NCBI RefSeq assembly: GCF_009914755.1
Contig: NC_060925.1
Length of the DNA: 64,000 bases
Strand: one strand, 5' to 3'
Origin: the human T2T-CHM13v2.0 reference genome, Homo sapiens
In this document: positions 29,531-42,053 of the stretch, piece by piece
Position numbering within the stretch: position 1 is the first letter of the stretch
Layout of the letters: each line of letters opens with the position of its first letter
Program-made: the position numbers and the translations under genes
The notes under the pieces: model-generated
The model's database searches: none
Told to the model about the DNA's origin: nothing
What the model saw: only the letters and a program-made list of their open reading frames with translations

Positions 29531-31110
29531 AACCAAACTCAATTCTATAAGCACTTGGCAGTTATTTCTTGCCTCATTACCATTGCCTTATCTTTCTTTC
29601 CCTCTAAAAAAAAATGGATTTAAAGTAGCTAAATATGTATGCAATGATAAACTTGCTTCTTGGAGCCAGAGGAACTTTCCGAAGGTCCACTCCAGAATGG
29701 GATGTGAGATGTACAGCCCAGGTATGGTTATGGATGCCCCACGGATTCTGTGGCTAGTGAAAACTGACCTACCTCGCAAATAAAGTGCAAAATTTAAAAA
29801 AAATTCACAATCATAACTATTGAAAGGGAAGCAGAGGAGGCCTATAAACTGGTACATGGAGAGAAAGAAGGTCTTCAAGAGAGGAGAAAAAATAAAAATC
29901 ACAGAGCTTACAAATTACAAAAGTGCTTCACTATTTACTTGTGAGAAGATTCCTGAGCAGCATACAATCATCTGCCTTGGAGAGTGAACACACCTGGTAT
30001 AGGGTGAGAGCTGCTTCTTAATATTAGTTTGCTGTATTTCTCCCTTAAAACAAACTCAAGTTTCCAAATGGATTGACTAGCCTCAGAGCTTACTATAATC
30101 CTCCATCCACACAAAACAGAGATTTTTAGTACAGTCACACAGTAAATAAAAATTATACTTATATTGAAGAGTGAAACAAGTCACTAAAAAACTGATGTTA
30201 TATATTTTTAAAAATCAATGTGAAAATTAATTCCTTGTATCATAGGCTTACATGTAATTTAAAAAGTATAAAAGTGCCTGTGAGAATTATTTAGTATCAC
30301 ATGAAAATTATTACCCACTTCTTATTGGCATATTTTCTTTCTGTAAGCACACCCACTTCACATTACTTAATTAAAATGAAACCATCTTCCTTGGAAAAAA
30401 TAATATATATATCTAAAAGGATAAGTGTTAAGTAACACTGAGGTAAAGTTCAGAACTCTACAAGGTTTCTTTCTCAATAATATAATAATAGCAATGAGAA
30501 AGTGAAAGAAGGCTGCTTTGCAAGATCCTTGGCACTGCTGGAAGAATCCTGATAGCCCTAGTGAAAAATCTTACCTGTCAATGAAACACTAAAGGAACTC
30601 TTTGGTTAATTTATTTTAGCTCTAAAGAAACTCATATGGCCTATTAAAAAAATCACCTTGTTATGCATTCTTTGGTCTAGACTTTAGGTTTTAAAATATA
30701 ATCAACAGATGCACTGATTAGGTGCATATGAGCCTCTTTATATCACACTCTTGATATCCTATATGTTCAAATTATGTACTTATGCAAAAAGTAGAGACAA
30801 GCACCTCTTATATTTTGCTGTACTTTTTCTTATTTTTACTAGATGTTGGATTAAAAACATACTAATATCACTTTTAAAGAGAGGTTTTAATTGTTAGATA
30901 TTAATTTACAAATCATAATTTTCATCGTTACTTTGAAATTTTCAGATTACTGTACTTTTGGTTCATATAACTAATCACACATAGTTTGTATTTTATTTTT
31001 CTATGATTTCTAAAAATGTTTTGCTATGGCCATTTGTGGGGAGGGGCAGTCAGGTAAGAAATCTGTTATTTTTGGTTGAAGGTCAAGGCAATGATTGTCT
31101 GGGAACCATT

Positions 31111-31254
31111 AAAATCTTTTCTGTCTGAAATTTTATAATTTTGGGGAACTCTATATAAACAACATCAAACAACACCATTGACAGTATTTTCAACAGGAAA
31201 GTATTTAATGATGGGCAACTTGCTGTTTACTTCCTACATATCCCATCATCTTCT
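31111..31254 (+). repeat. 144-bp dispersed duplication, copy 2
   Basis: aaaatcttttctgtctgaaattttataatt...catatcccatcatcttct shared with 28331-28474. Confidence 0.95.
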
Positions 31255-31856
31255 GTATTTTTTTAAATAACTTTTTTTTGGATTTTTAAAGTAACTTTAT
31301 TCTGAGAGGTAACATGGATTACATACTTCTAAGCCATTAGGAGACTCTATGTTAAACCAAAAGGAAATGTTACTAGATCTTCATTTGATCAATAGGATGT
31401 GATAATCATCATCTTTCTGCTCTAATGGAAAAGTACTAGAAACATGGAACCATAATCTTAGATGAACAACGTTAGAATTTGCACTAATTCTACGGAATTT
31501 CAGTAATTCGGCAAATGTCGGGCAGTGACACAACATTTCATGACGGGGACGCATCTACCAACTTCTGGCGATAAGGGCCACCCTTCCCTCTGTACTTACA
31601 GTCCCATTTCATACACAGTCTTTGATTAAATATTCACATTTTTTCTCTACCTAAGACCTTCGGACAGTGACAGTGAACATTCCTTGGATTTAACTTTTGC
31701 ATTTTGTTCACAATCACTTGGTTGTTCCCTCTGTTTCTGTTTATTTCTATTTATTTTAAAAGGCACATTTAACAGTGTAAAAGCCCAAGCCTGGTTAAGT
31801 TAGCAAACAACTTGAAATGCAAAGGTTATAAAAAATATTTAAAATGTTAATCTTAC

Positions 31857-31882
31857 CTCTGGTAGTTTGAGTGTCCCTTGTT
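31857..31882 (-). CDS. VAV3: VAV3 26-nt coding micro-exon (probably exon 18)
   Basis: acatttctttcag|AA CAA GGG ACA CTC AAA CTA CCA GAG|gtaaga. With the G from the previous exon it gives EQGTLKLPE. Confidence 0.95.
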
Positions 31883-31907
31883 CTGAAAGAAATGTAAAAA
31901 TTGGCAT
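31857..31907 (-). CDS. VAV3: First coding segment of short isoform VAV3.1 (MPIFTFLSEQGTLKLPE)
   Basis: ATG at 31905-31907 in context acaATGc, in frame with the micro-exon. The peptide matches my recall of the VAV3.1 N-terminus. Confidence 0.88.
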
Positions 31908-32300
31908 TGTCAGTGTAAAGTTATTTTGTTTGGTTAGCAACCTTAGCTTTCTCTGCAGAGTGGTAAAACACCACTGCTTTGTTTTCTTAACTGATACCTG
32001 TAATATATTTCCACGGTCCCTCAGGCTGGGCTAGTAATTATTTTGCAACCTTGGTTCTCTTACCCTATTGGCTTGTCAGGAAAGTGACTCACAGTTTTAA
32101 ATGACTTCTAGGTTATGCTTAACTTTTTCCATTGTTTATTAAGCAATGTCAGTCCTACCACATAAAGCTCCTTAAAACAGGGGCTTACACTAAATTTATA
32201 GGCATAAGAGAAAGCTAAATGCAACCTTTCTTTCAACATGCCTCGTTTTAAGAATCTAAAAACACTAAGCTAACAAAGGTACTGCATTGACGATTTGTAA
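31908..32300 (-). promoter_or_regulatory. Presumed internal promoter and 5' UTR of VAV3.1
   Basis: Inferred from the position of the VAV3.1 ATG. The sequence is non-repetitive, but the TSS and boundaries cannot be read from sequence. Confidence 0.45.
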
Positions 32301-35300
32301 CAATAGCAAATTATACATAGTACAACATTTCGTGTGAATTGTTTTTTGTTAAGTGGCTATAACTTTTATTTTTAATTTTGGCAGAAATACAGTTTGAGTT
32401 AAAGATGGAACTTAAAAAAAAACTGAGTCAGGATTGATTTTAATGCTAATTTTCTTTTCATATTTAGTTTACCTCCAGAAATAGGAAGAACAATTCCTTC
32501 ATTACATTTCAGGCCCTGCAAATGCCTAATGGTTATAAGGGCCCTGAGATCTTCAAATGCGTACTATAGTAGAAGAGCAAAGGATCGTTCTGGGGATAAG
32601 GGCGCACACGGCACTTGGAAAACTGGTGGGCAGCATCTTTGCCTCCTTTCCCCATACCCAGGAGCACTTATACATGTTCTAACTTCTCCAGACAGACAGG
32701 AAATCCCTCATCATCATAAGCCCAGGCCTATACCTTCCCCATCCAAAATGATCCTCTAAAGAAGCATCTGAAAAGATGCCACAGAGAGACATCAGGACAG
32801 AAAGAGCAGGCCTAAGTGGGAGCTCTGCAGGATGTTTCTTTAAGAGATTCTAAGAAGCTCCCAGCCAGAGTTGAAGGGGAAAACTCCTGCCAGGCCACCT
32901 GACTAGCTGCCACAGATTGCTTTACACAAGAAGATTGCCTGGGGCATGGAACAGGAGGTTGGTTTGTTTTTTCTTTTCTCTCTAGCTTTTTTTTTTCTTT
33001 TTTTTCTTTTTTTAACGAATACTTCTGATTAATGGAAATGGAAGATCCATGGGCAGAAAGTCACCTTCAGAAGAAAAGCTAAGTCCTCATCCCTTTGTCA
33101 ATTTCAAACCCCATCACCTTGGCTTTCACAAATAACTGCCTTCTATGAAGGCATCTTTGCTAGCCCTGAAATCAACCTTTACAAAGGAGTATTCCTGGAC
33201 AAAAAGTTACTTCATTTCTTCTTTTCCTCCCTATTGGAAACACATAACGTTTCAGAAGAAAGATCGCCCAAGAGCGCTGGTTTGGGAAGAGGTTCTATAA
33301 AAGTGCCATTTGGCTGGCCCAGTCTTAGAACCCAGGTTAGGGGAATTTGGGTTCTTGACAGAACAGCTGTGAGACTTGCTTCACTGGTTTGCCCAGAAAG
33401 ACCCATATACACCAGAATATCCCTATTCCCCTACTGGTGAGTTAGAGCCTGAACTGAGAGTCATAAACTGCAGGAAGTGCTAAACAGTGGGAGCAGTTTA
33501 AGTTTTCCATCCAAGGAGATTGAGGAAAGCTTTCTACACGAGCTCCAAAATTGGGGAAACCTCAGCTCTTTTGGGTTCAGTGTTCATAAATGAGTGTGCA
33601 CCTGAATTTCAATTCAAAAATAATTATTTTTTTCTGATTCTTCCCATAGAAGTGTTTTTAGGTCCTTGCAAAGTAAGTCTTTTACAACATACTTTAAATG
33701 TATTATTCATGGCATAAAACCTATGATAACCCCATGTGTCAGTAGTTGTCACACCATGTTCCATGAGGGTTCTCTGGGTGACCCCCAGGAAGAGGAAACA
33801 ATGGTATTTACGGTGGTCAAGTAGCTACGGAGACACTTGCACCTCTTCATCAGAGGAGCAGATCCAGGAACAGAAGTCCTGCATTTACAGGCTCTTCATA
33901 TCTTGTGCAGGGTTTGGCTGCCAGGTGGCCAGCTCTTGGCAGAAGAGAGGATCCATCATAGAACACCAGAGGCTGTGAGACCCAGACACGGCACTGATGA
34001 GACTGGTACAACACTGGGAACAAACTAGACTTAGCTGTCTACCTTACTTAGCTATCCCTCCTTTATTTCCTCCCTTGTCGTTGTCTCCTGCTTCCTTCCT
34101 CTGGTGTCTCATCAAGAGAAGCAACTTTCCTCACATTTCTGATTGGGTGCTTTAAGAAATGCTCTACACAAAGCCTTCTCTGTGTAACCCAGATAGGAAA
34201 AATTGAAAAGGGGCTTTGTGCTGGATGCAACTCCAAGGGCATGAGTCCTTTAGTAGGGCTTCCCCTTTGCCTTTCTCCTTGCTATCCCTTCCTGTCCTCA
34301 TGGCCACCACATTCACCCTCTGCCAAGGAGAGGCCTGCTGCATTCATGGATACGGCATAGAGCTGTTTGCACTCTGATCTGATCATGCTGAGTGTGCCAC
34401 ATAAATAGCAGCTCCTAGAAGTCTGTTTTTATTTAATCATGTTTCATGGTAGGATTCTGTAAATTTTCTAAGAATAAGGCAAAACCCAAAGGAGTATCAG
34501 TAACTCTTAGAATCTGCTGAGTTCAGAAATTCTTAGCCAGGCTCCTGTATTTATGCTTTTGTGCTTGTGACAGTGACTATACCATTAAACAGACTGCCTC
34601 CTTTATAAACACAATCTAAACTGTCATACCCACACTAATGCAATAGCCTGTTCACTGACACTAAAATAATGGTAAGGAGAGAAAGGAAAACCCAACTGCA
34701 ACACTGAAAATACATATATTTTTCAAAGTAAAGTTTCATTCTGGCTGAAAAAATGGAATAAGAAACCTTTTTGTATGGAGTATTCTATGGAAAAGTTGCT
34801 CTAAGTTTTGAAGCCTGCAACCCCATTTTTACTTCCTTTTGGTATCCACCTGAAACTACTATGGTGGGCACTTGGATCTCTAGAAAACTCTGTTCATGCC
34901 TTAGTTCTGCAATAGAGCTGAGATAATTAGGGCTGATTATCATCAAATCTATTTTGGCTGTACTCTGACCTAGAAGAAAGGTTGGCTGCTGGTTGAGATG
35001 GGATGAAAAAGTCTCTCTTTCTGTATCTCTCTTTTTCTCCTGGGAACTTTCTTAGGATTGTAATTCAATTCTTCAAGTTTCCAAAAGTTTTTAATCCTCA
35101 ACTTATATTTACCCTGCAGCCTACTTCTCAGATTCCTATTGATCAAACTATAAAACATTCTTCCCCTTTCAAGAACCTTTCTAGATGGTGACTCATGGGC
35201 CCTCAAGGGGTTTATACCTTGCATTCTTTCATCATGTCCCAACTGGCTTAATATAATTCTGAGAAGTGGTGTTGCTGAGGTGCTTGGAGCCTTTGCAGAA

Positions 35301-37314
35301 CTCCATCTTTAATGCCAGCACAGAGTTCAATGTGCATTATTGGTGCAAGAGAAACAATTTTCATGGAAGCTTTAAATTTCAAGTGAAAATTTAAATAATT
35401 TTTACTTGTTTAAATATAAAATTCTGTCCTATTTTGTTTTTCAATACAAGTGGCTCTCAATTCATACATTATTGCACAATTTGCTTTGTCTCTTATCTGA
35501 AGTTCTATTCAGATTAAACACATCAATGTCCAGTAAGACTGCCTATCTCAACAGGGGCCACAGAAAAGTAATTACCAGTACAGTTTTTGAAGGTACCCTA
35601 TCATCGTGACTAAAGTGCTATTTCTGTGAGACATTACAACTAAAAAATGCTTGGACTGATCAAATTTTGGAGAAAGTTCACTTTCACAAATGCTATGTTC
35701 ACTACTCAGATATACAGCAATGTTTTAAAAAGAAAATAAAGCAAACCATAAACTATAAATAATACTTAGAAAGAGGCTTTGATTTCAAGTCTTTTCAGGG
35801 GCTCTAATAGGAATACAACCATATAATAGATTCCAATTCACATTAATAATTATTAATGTACCATTAAACTGACCCAAATAGATGGAAGGAATAATAACTA
35901 CTCAAGTATAAAATTGTCTTTATGAGTTTTAAGTAATATTATGCAGAACTAAAGTCATTTTTGGTTATGAAATCAATGGTCAATCTTCAGCTCACGTAAA
36001 AGTACTGTGATAAAATGCCTAGCAGTAGAAGGCTGAAATAAAATTGTATCCTGAAAGCTTATCTTTTATGTTAAAATGTAAAATATGATTTATAAAGGAG
36101 CCCGGTTCAGATACCAATGTGGGTGCAGGTTCTAGGTAGCAGTCTCTCAGTTTTAAACCACTAGGATACCACAGCAACGTCCTTCCAATTAGGAGTGGCT
36201 ATAGCAGCAGCAGGAGCAGCAGCTGGCCTAGATAAAAGTGCAATTAAACAGATAAGCAAATGGGGATCTGCTTCAGTTAAATATTAGGGCAGCTGAGGCT
36301 TGCATTCTCACTAAAGGAAAAGATGCATTATACCAAAGTCGTTTGCTCCAACAGTATTTCCCTTCCAATGTTACTTTGTTTAAACTGAGAGGATGCAAAG
36401 CAAGCTATACTGGTCAATGTCAGAGTAAGAAGTGGAGACCAAAGGGGCTTAGTCATGTAGTGTAGTGGGGGGAAAAGCAAATGTCCATAAAGATTGCTGT
36501 CTGGGATTAGACCTTCGCGGTGGTGTACTGTGAGAAGGAAACGACACCCTAAAATTACATTAGCTTTGCAGTGACTCGTTCAGAGAAGCTTGCATAGTGG
36601 AGTTCATACCTATTCATTATTAACGTTGGAAAGTTTTGGCATGCACTTCAGAGCTCCTGTATGTGTTGATCATTGAGGTTGCCATAGTGAATGTGAAGAA
36701 GTCAACTCAAGTTCAGGGAAAAGGAGAGTGGAACTGCCTGCCCTTTATATCCATGCACATCCTCAAATGTTAAGACATAAACTAATCATCCAACATTCAA
36801 ATTTGTTTCCAAGTTGCATAGTTTGTCTTATTAACAAAATAAACTTAACACATCTTTTTTTCATACTTCAAATGCACTTGAGTTAATAATCTGTCATAAT
36901 CACATATTAATACAAATGAGGTGCTTCATTCAGAAATGCACTGCATTTTTGTCAAGTAATTATCATTTCCAGGGTGAATGAAGACTAGATTAATATAAGG
37001 GATATAGAGCATGAAATATAGAAGGTTTTCCAACCCAAGGAAGACAACATCCAAAAAGGGCTAACTTGAACAAAAAGAAGTGTTAAGAGATACTTCAAAT
37101 GCTTAATAATATTTAGCCACATCCTATAACATCATTAAAAATTATATTCTGGTTGAAATAGTCCTATTATGGGAAAAAGCAACAACAACATGATATTAAG
37201 TGCCACTCCTCTGAACTTGGTACTAAGGGGTGGACACAAAAGATGAGAAACATATTCCGAACAGCAAAGGAGCATATAATCTAACAGGGGTAGAGACAGA
37301 CACCAAATAGTCCA

Positions 37315-37640
37315 TGTGTTTCATTACATTGCCCAGCTTCCCTTGCAGTTAGGTTGAAGCCATGTGACTAGTTTCAGCCAATGGACTTGATGAAAAATGG
37401 CACTGCTTACTTCCAGGCTATGGGTCTGTAAGTCAGCAACCCTAGAACCCATGTGTCAAGCTGGCAAAGTCACAAGATCAAACTGATCTGGGTTCCCTGA
37501 TTAGAAGGGAGCTACTCTGAAGGGCCACTGAACTCACAGTAAACAGTGCATGTGTGAGAAATAAACTTTTATATCTTAAAGCCAATGGGACCTGGGGGTT
37601 TGTTAGTTACCACAGAACAGCCTAACCTTGGCAAATGCAT
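37315..37640 (+). mobile_element. Old MLT1 LTR
   Basis: acattgcccagcttcccttgcagttagg...gtgagaaataaactttt...tttgttagttaccacag. Confidence 0.7.
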
Positions 37641-38224
37641 AAAGCCTACATAGAAATAATTAGAGAACAATTTAATTCAGGCTACCATTGGATGGTCAAG
37701 GTACGGTTAATGACTGGCAAAGAGTTTGGACAGAAAGCAATGAAAGGGTGGTCCTTGGAACTGTTCGGAGAAAAGGGAGCATGTTTCAGGCAGAGGAAAT
37801 AGTAAGAGCCAAGTGAGAACTCTAACAATTGGATCGACTGGATCAGGCAGTAGATTTTTTCAGAAAGGGAGGCATTTTTGTCATCAAGCATTCTGTGAAT
37901 TGCTTCATTTTCTTGCTACTTATTAATCTAACCCAGGTGTCTCCTCTCAAAGGCCTAACAATCGATGCTTAGGCCATGAGCCTTTCCTTGCAAAAATACT
38001 AGAAAGGAATCTAAAAGGTCTACCTAATTTTCTACCTTTCATTCATAAAGTACCAGCCAGGGACTCAGGTAAGGTTTTTATTCCACTTTTCCACAATCTA
38101 GTCAAGCTCTAGTCTCTACGAAGGTGGAACCAAAACTGTACAATCCCCTGCACTCTCCTGTTTCTGATTCTAAGATTATAGTGATCTTCAGGGCCCAGAA
38201 GCCCTGCTACACTACAGTGGTACT

Positions 38225-39345
38225 CATTTGTCTGTCCATTTGTTGATCCATTCACTCACTCCATTCCTCACTACTTCCTTGAGGTCAAAACACCAATTAG
38301 GTATGGTTCCTATCATTGAGAGGGCTGCAGTCTAATTGAGGAGATGAACATAGAGTCAATTATAATAAATGTGATAAAAGTAAACATATGATGTCAGGGG
38401 AGCACAGAGGACTGACAGACTAATAAAGCCCAGGCATTAGGAGTGTCAGAAAAGGTTTTCAAAGTGGGGGCAACATCTGCATTGACTTTTTGAAAATGAA
38501 CATTAAGTTTACTAAACAGAAAAGGGAAGGAAAGACAGTAAAATAGAAAAACAAAATACATGTAGATACACAGACATAAAAAAACTGGTTGGAGAACTGT
38601 GAGTAGTTAAAGAGAGTCGTGTTATAGGTTGGGGGATAGGAGGAAGTGGTAAAAAATGAGCTGTACAAATTACTTAGAGCTTTGTAGGCCATATTGGAAA
38701 GTTTGGACATTATTCTGTAAGAAATGTAAAGTACAGTATGTGAAAGAATGAAACCATCAGACGGAAGATAATTTTATAAATTATATAAGAATAAGATTAA
38801 GAGCAGGGAATTAGGAAACTTTTGAGTTGTTCAAGCAAGAGACAATGAGATTTTCTGTGTATATCAACACCATTATCAATGCATCCTAGAGAGACTTAGG
38901 AGGAGAGCCAAGAAGAACAGGAAAGTGAATCAAGATGTGGAAGACGCTGACACCCAGGTCTATGTGAGTGTTTGGATGGTGGGCCTTTAACTAAGACAAA
39001 GCATAGGAGAGGGAAGTTTGCGGTAATGACTAATGAGGTTGATTTTAGTCATGAGACATTTGAGGTCAATGCAAGACGCATGGGAGGGGATATGTAAGGA
39101 GAAGATGGTAATTTAAAATTCATACTTCAGGAGAGAAGTTTCATGCACAGATGGACCTTTATCTACCTGGGGTGTGGGTTGTAGCTAAACCAGGAAAGTC
39201 AATCAGATTTCCAAAAGATGGCATGGGCGCATGATGGGTTGTGAAGGATAGCATCAAGGAGGATGATTAGCAGTGTTAAATGAAAGAGAAAGGTCAAGTA
39301 AGGTAAGGCCTAAATGTGATGTGCCATGGATCTGTCCATTAAAAG
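38225..39345 (+). mobile_element. L2 fragments
   Basis: cattcactcact..., tttgtaggccatattggaaagtttggacattattctgtaag, gagaaaggtcaagtaaggtaagg. Confidence 0.6.
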
Positions 39346-39487
39346 GTAGAGTAAAAGATTATCTACCTCTCATTGAGCCCCTGGGTTACCCTGTCATTTT
39401 GTACAACTAGTACCTCTTCTCCATTTGACTATCCCTTTCTATAAACAAGTCTGATGTTGAATAAAGATAGCATGCTCCCCCTCTTAA

Positions 39488-39925
39488 ATTTTTTATTTTA
39501 TTATCTTTAATTGACACATTCAAAGCCAGAGGTTTTAAAATGTTTTGTCCTGCTTTGTAATCAAGTACACAACAAAGTTTAGAGAATGATGCTACTTTTT
39601 AATCAATGATATCTGTATAAGCAAGCATTATCTACAATCTGCAGGGAACCAACAGTATTACACATATTTATGGGGTACAGTGTGATATTTCAATATATGT
39701 ATACAAAGTGTTACAACCAAATCAAGATAATTAGCATATCTATCACCTCAAACATTTATCATTTCTTTGTGTTGGGAATATTCAAAATCTGCTCTTCCAG
39801 CTATTTGAAAATATACAATAAATTATTGTTAATTATAGTCAGCCTATAGTGCTATAGGACATTATAATTTATTCTTCCCATCTGGGTGTACTTCTGTATC
39901 CATTAACCAACCTCTGCCTACTCCC
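39488..39925 (-). mobile_element. L1MA-type 3' end interrupted by a 137-bp insertion
   Basis: tttaattgacacat [insert] cacatatttatggggtacagtgtgatatttcaata...atcacctcaaacatttatcatttctttgtgttggg. Confidence 0.85.
39524..39660 (+). repeat. ~135-bp dispersed duplication, derived copy (partner 40980-41113)
   Basis: Shared caaagtttagagaatgatgctactttttaat and aagcattatctacaatctgcaggg. Confidence 0.9.
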
Positions 39926-40979
39926 CTTTTTGGAATTGCCTTTCACGCCAACTATGCAATGTTTATAACAACTCCTACTAGTCATAGCTTTCTGGATCAC
40001 AAGTGGACTCCTGATCCACACTGATCCAATCAGGATCTCTTTTTGTTGCTTGAGAGTATAGTTAGACTATGTTAAACATTATTGCTATAAAGCTCTGTAA
40101 AGTATGGGTGAATTTCAAACCACCTATGATTTAATATTAAGGGGGGGTCTGATCTATGTAAACATTTGAGTTTGTCTTAAGTCAGTAGTACTCCCTTGCT
40201 TTCAATTTGGCTGTTGAAATGATTTCCCTCAAAGTCAAGTTCTGCTGAAATCATATCACACTCTTCTCCATGCAAAAGCCCTATTCAAGTAAACTAAGTC
40301 TCCATCCCCTGGATATATCTTATCCCTTTTCCTGCCCTCCCCTACACCAGCATTTCCTCCAAATCCTAGGCCAGTCATGAAAAACTATATTACTGAACTG
40401 CAGCAAGCAATTATTCCTGGATGCCCAAAGGATCACACAAGACTTAAGTCAATGTTGAGCTTGAGAAGCTGAGAAGCAGCTCATAAAGTCTAGCTTGCCC
40501 AAGACTTCAAAATAGTACCTACTTTACCACACTCACATCAGACCTACCAAGCTCAAACTCACACTCTACCCACAGTTACCACCTATACCAGGGTGAGAAG
40601 GAATGAGGGTGAGGAGAAGATGCCATGGCTTCCAGCTTTCAGAAGGTACAGGCTACTGATGGAATGATACAGAGATTCTTCTTCCCCCTAAAGACATTGC
40701 CCCTTATAAGGGCTACCCAGCAAACCCCGATCTGAGAGTAAAAAAAGGAAGCCTCCTAGGCAGGTCCTTACCATTTCATACCGCTAATGAACTATGAGCA
40801 TTCGGTGTTACTGGTCTCTCAAAATCTTGAGCAGGAAAGAACTTAAAAGAAGGAGAGAGGGAGAGAAAGGGCACCAACGTATAAAACAGAAGGGGAATGG
40901 AGGTCAATGGAAATATGCAAAACAGGGAAAAGAATCAAAAGAGCAAGAGAGTATGTTACAAACTCCAAAAAGCAAATTT

Positions 40980-41113
40980 AGCCAGAGGTTTTAAAAAAAC
41001 ATTTTCCTGCTTTGTAATGAATTACATACCAAAGTTTAGAGAATGATGCTACTTTTTAATTGAGGATATCTTAGTAAGCATTATCTACAATCTGCAGGGC
41101 ACTAACAGTATTA
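40980..41113 (+). repeat. ~135-bp dispersed duplication, probable donor copy
   Basis: Matches 39524-39660 at roughly 85% by eye. Confidence 0.9.
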
Positions 41114-41645
41114 TTCTTAGTTATCTTATTTTCATATATTTATGACCTTGTTTCTTCATCTTAAAATAAGAGGCCCTAGAACTGAATGTGTCTTAAGTCC
41201 ATCCGGTCTTGAGAGTTTCCATGGGAAGAAGGTAGGTATGGTCCCCAGGGATGCATGTCTTCTCGCAGCACTACAGAACATTCAAACCTAAAAACACTGG
41301 GTAGTTACTAATTTAATTAAAGTGTTCTGCCTAAAAAACCATTAGAAAATCACTCCCTTTCACTGAGAAAGGCAAGCACATGATTACTTACTAGGATTCA
41401 GTACTGGGCTTTTGACACATCTGACATATCATCATCACAGATCATTCATGTAACTGGTAGCAGAGCCCAGTGGTAAGAACAAACTTAGGGGCTGGCCTGC
41501 CTGGATTTGAATCTTGGTTGTATTGAACAAGAAACTTAGACAGATTGCATATTTCTCTGTGCCTTGGTTTCTCATCTGTAAGATGTCAATAATACCAACT
41601 TCACAGAATTTATATAGGAGTAAATGAGTTAACAATGGTAAAGTA

Positions 41646-42053
41646 CAAATGGTCCCCAATTTTGGATGGTTCATTTATGATTTTTCCACTTTACAACGGT
41701 ATGAAAGTCACATGCATTCCGTAGAAACTAGACTTTAATATTTGAATTTTGATATTTTCCCGGGCGAGCAACATGCCCAATGAGACTCACTCATGATGCT
41801 GGGCAGCAGCAGCTAGCCACAGCTACCAGTCAGCCACGAAATCACAAGGGGAAGCAAACAATACAGTGTACTGTGTTGCCAGATGATTTTTGCCCAACTG
41901 TATTTCAAGTACTGTGAGCATGTTTAAAGTATGATAAGCAAAGCTATAATGTACAATAGGTTAGGTGCATTGAATGCAGTTTTGACTTACGATAGTTTCC
42001 ACTTACAATGGCTTAATGAGGACATAACCCCATCATTAATGGAGGAGCAGCTG
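41646..42053 (-). mobile_element. MER47/Tigger5-type DNA transposon inside a MIR
   Basis: TA flanks, degenerate terminal inverted repeats caaatggtcccc / gaggagcagctg, and internal aataggttaggtgcattgaatgcagttttgacttacga. Confidence 0.75.
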
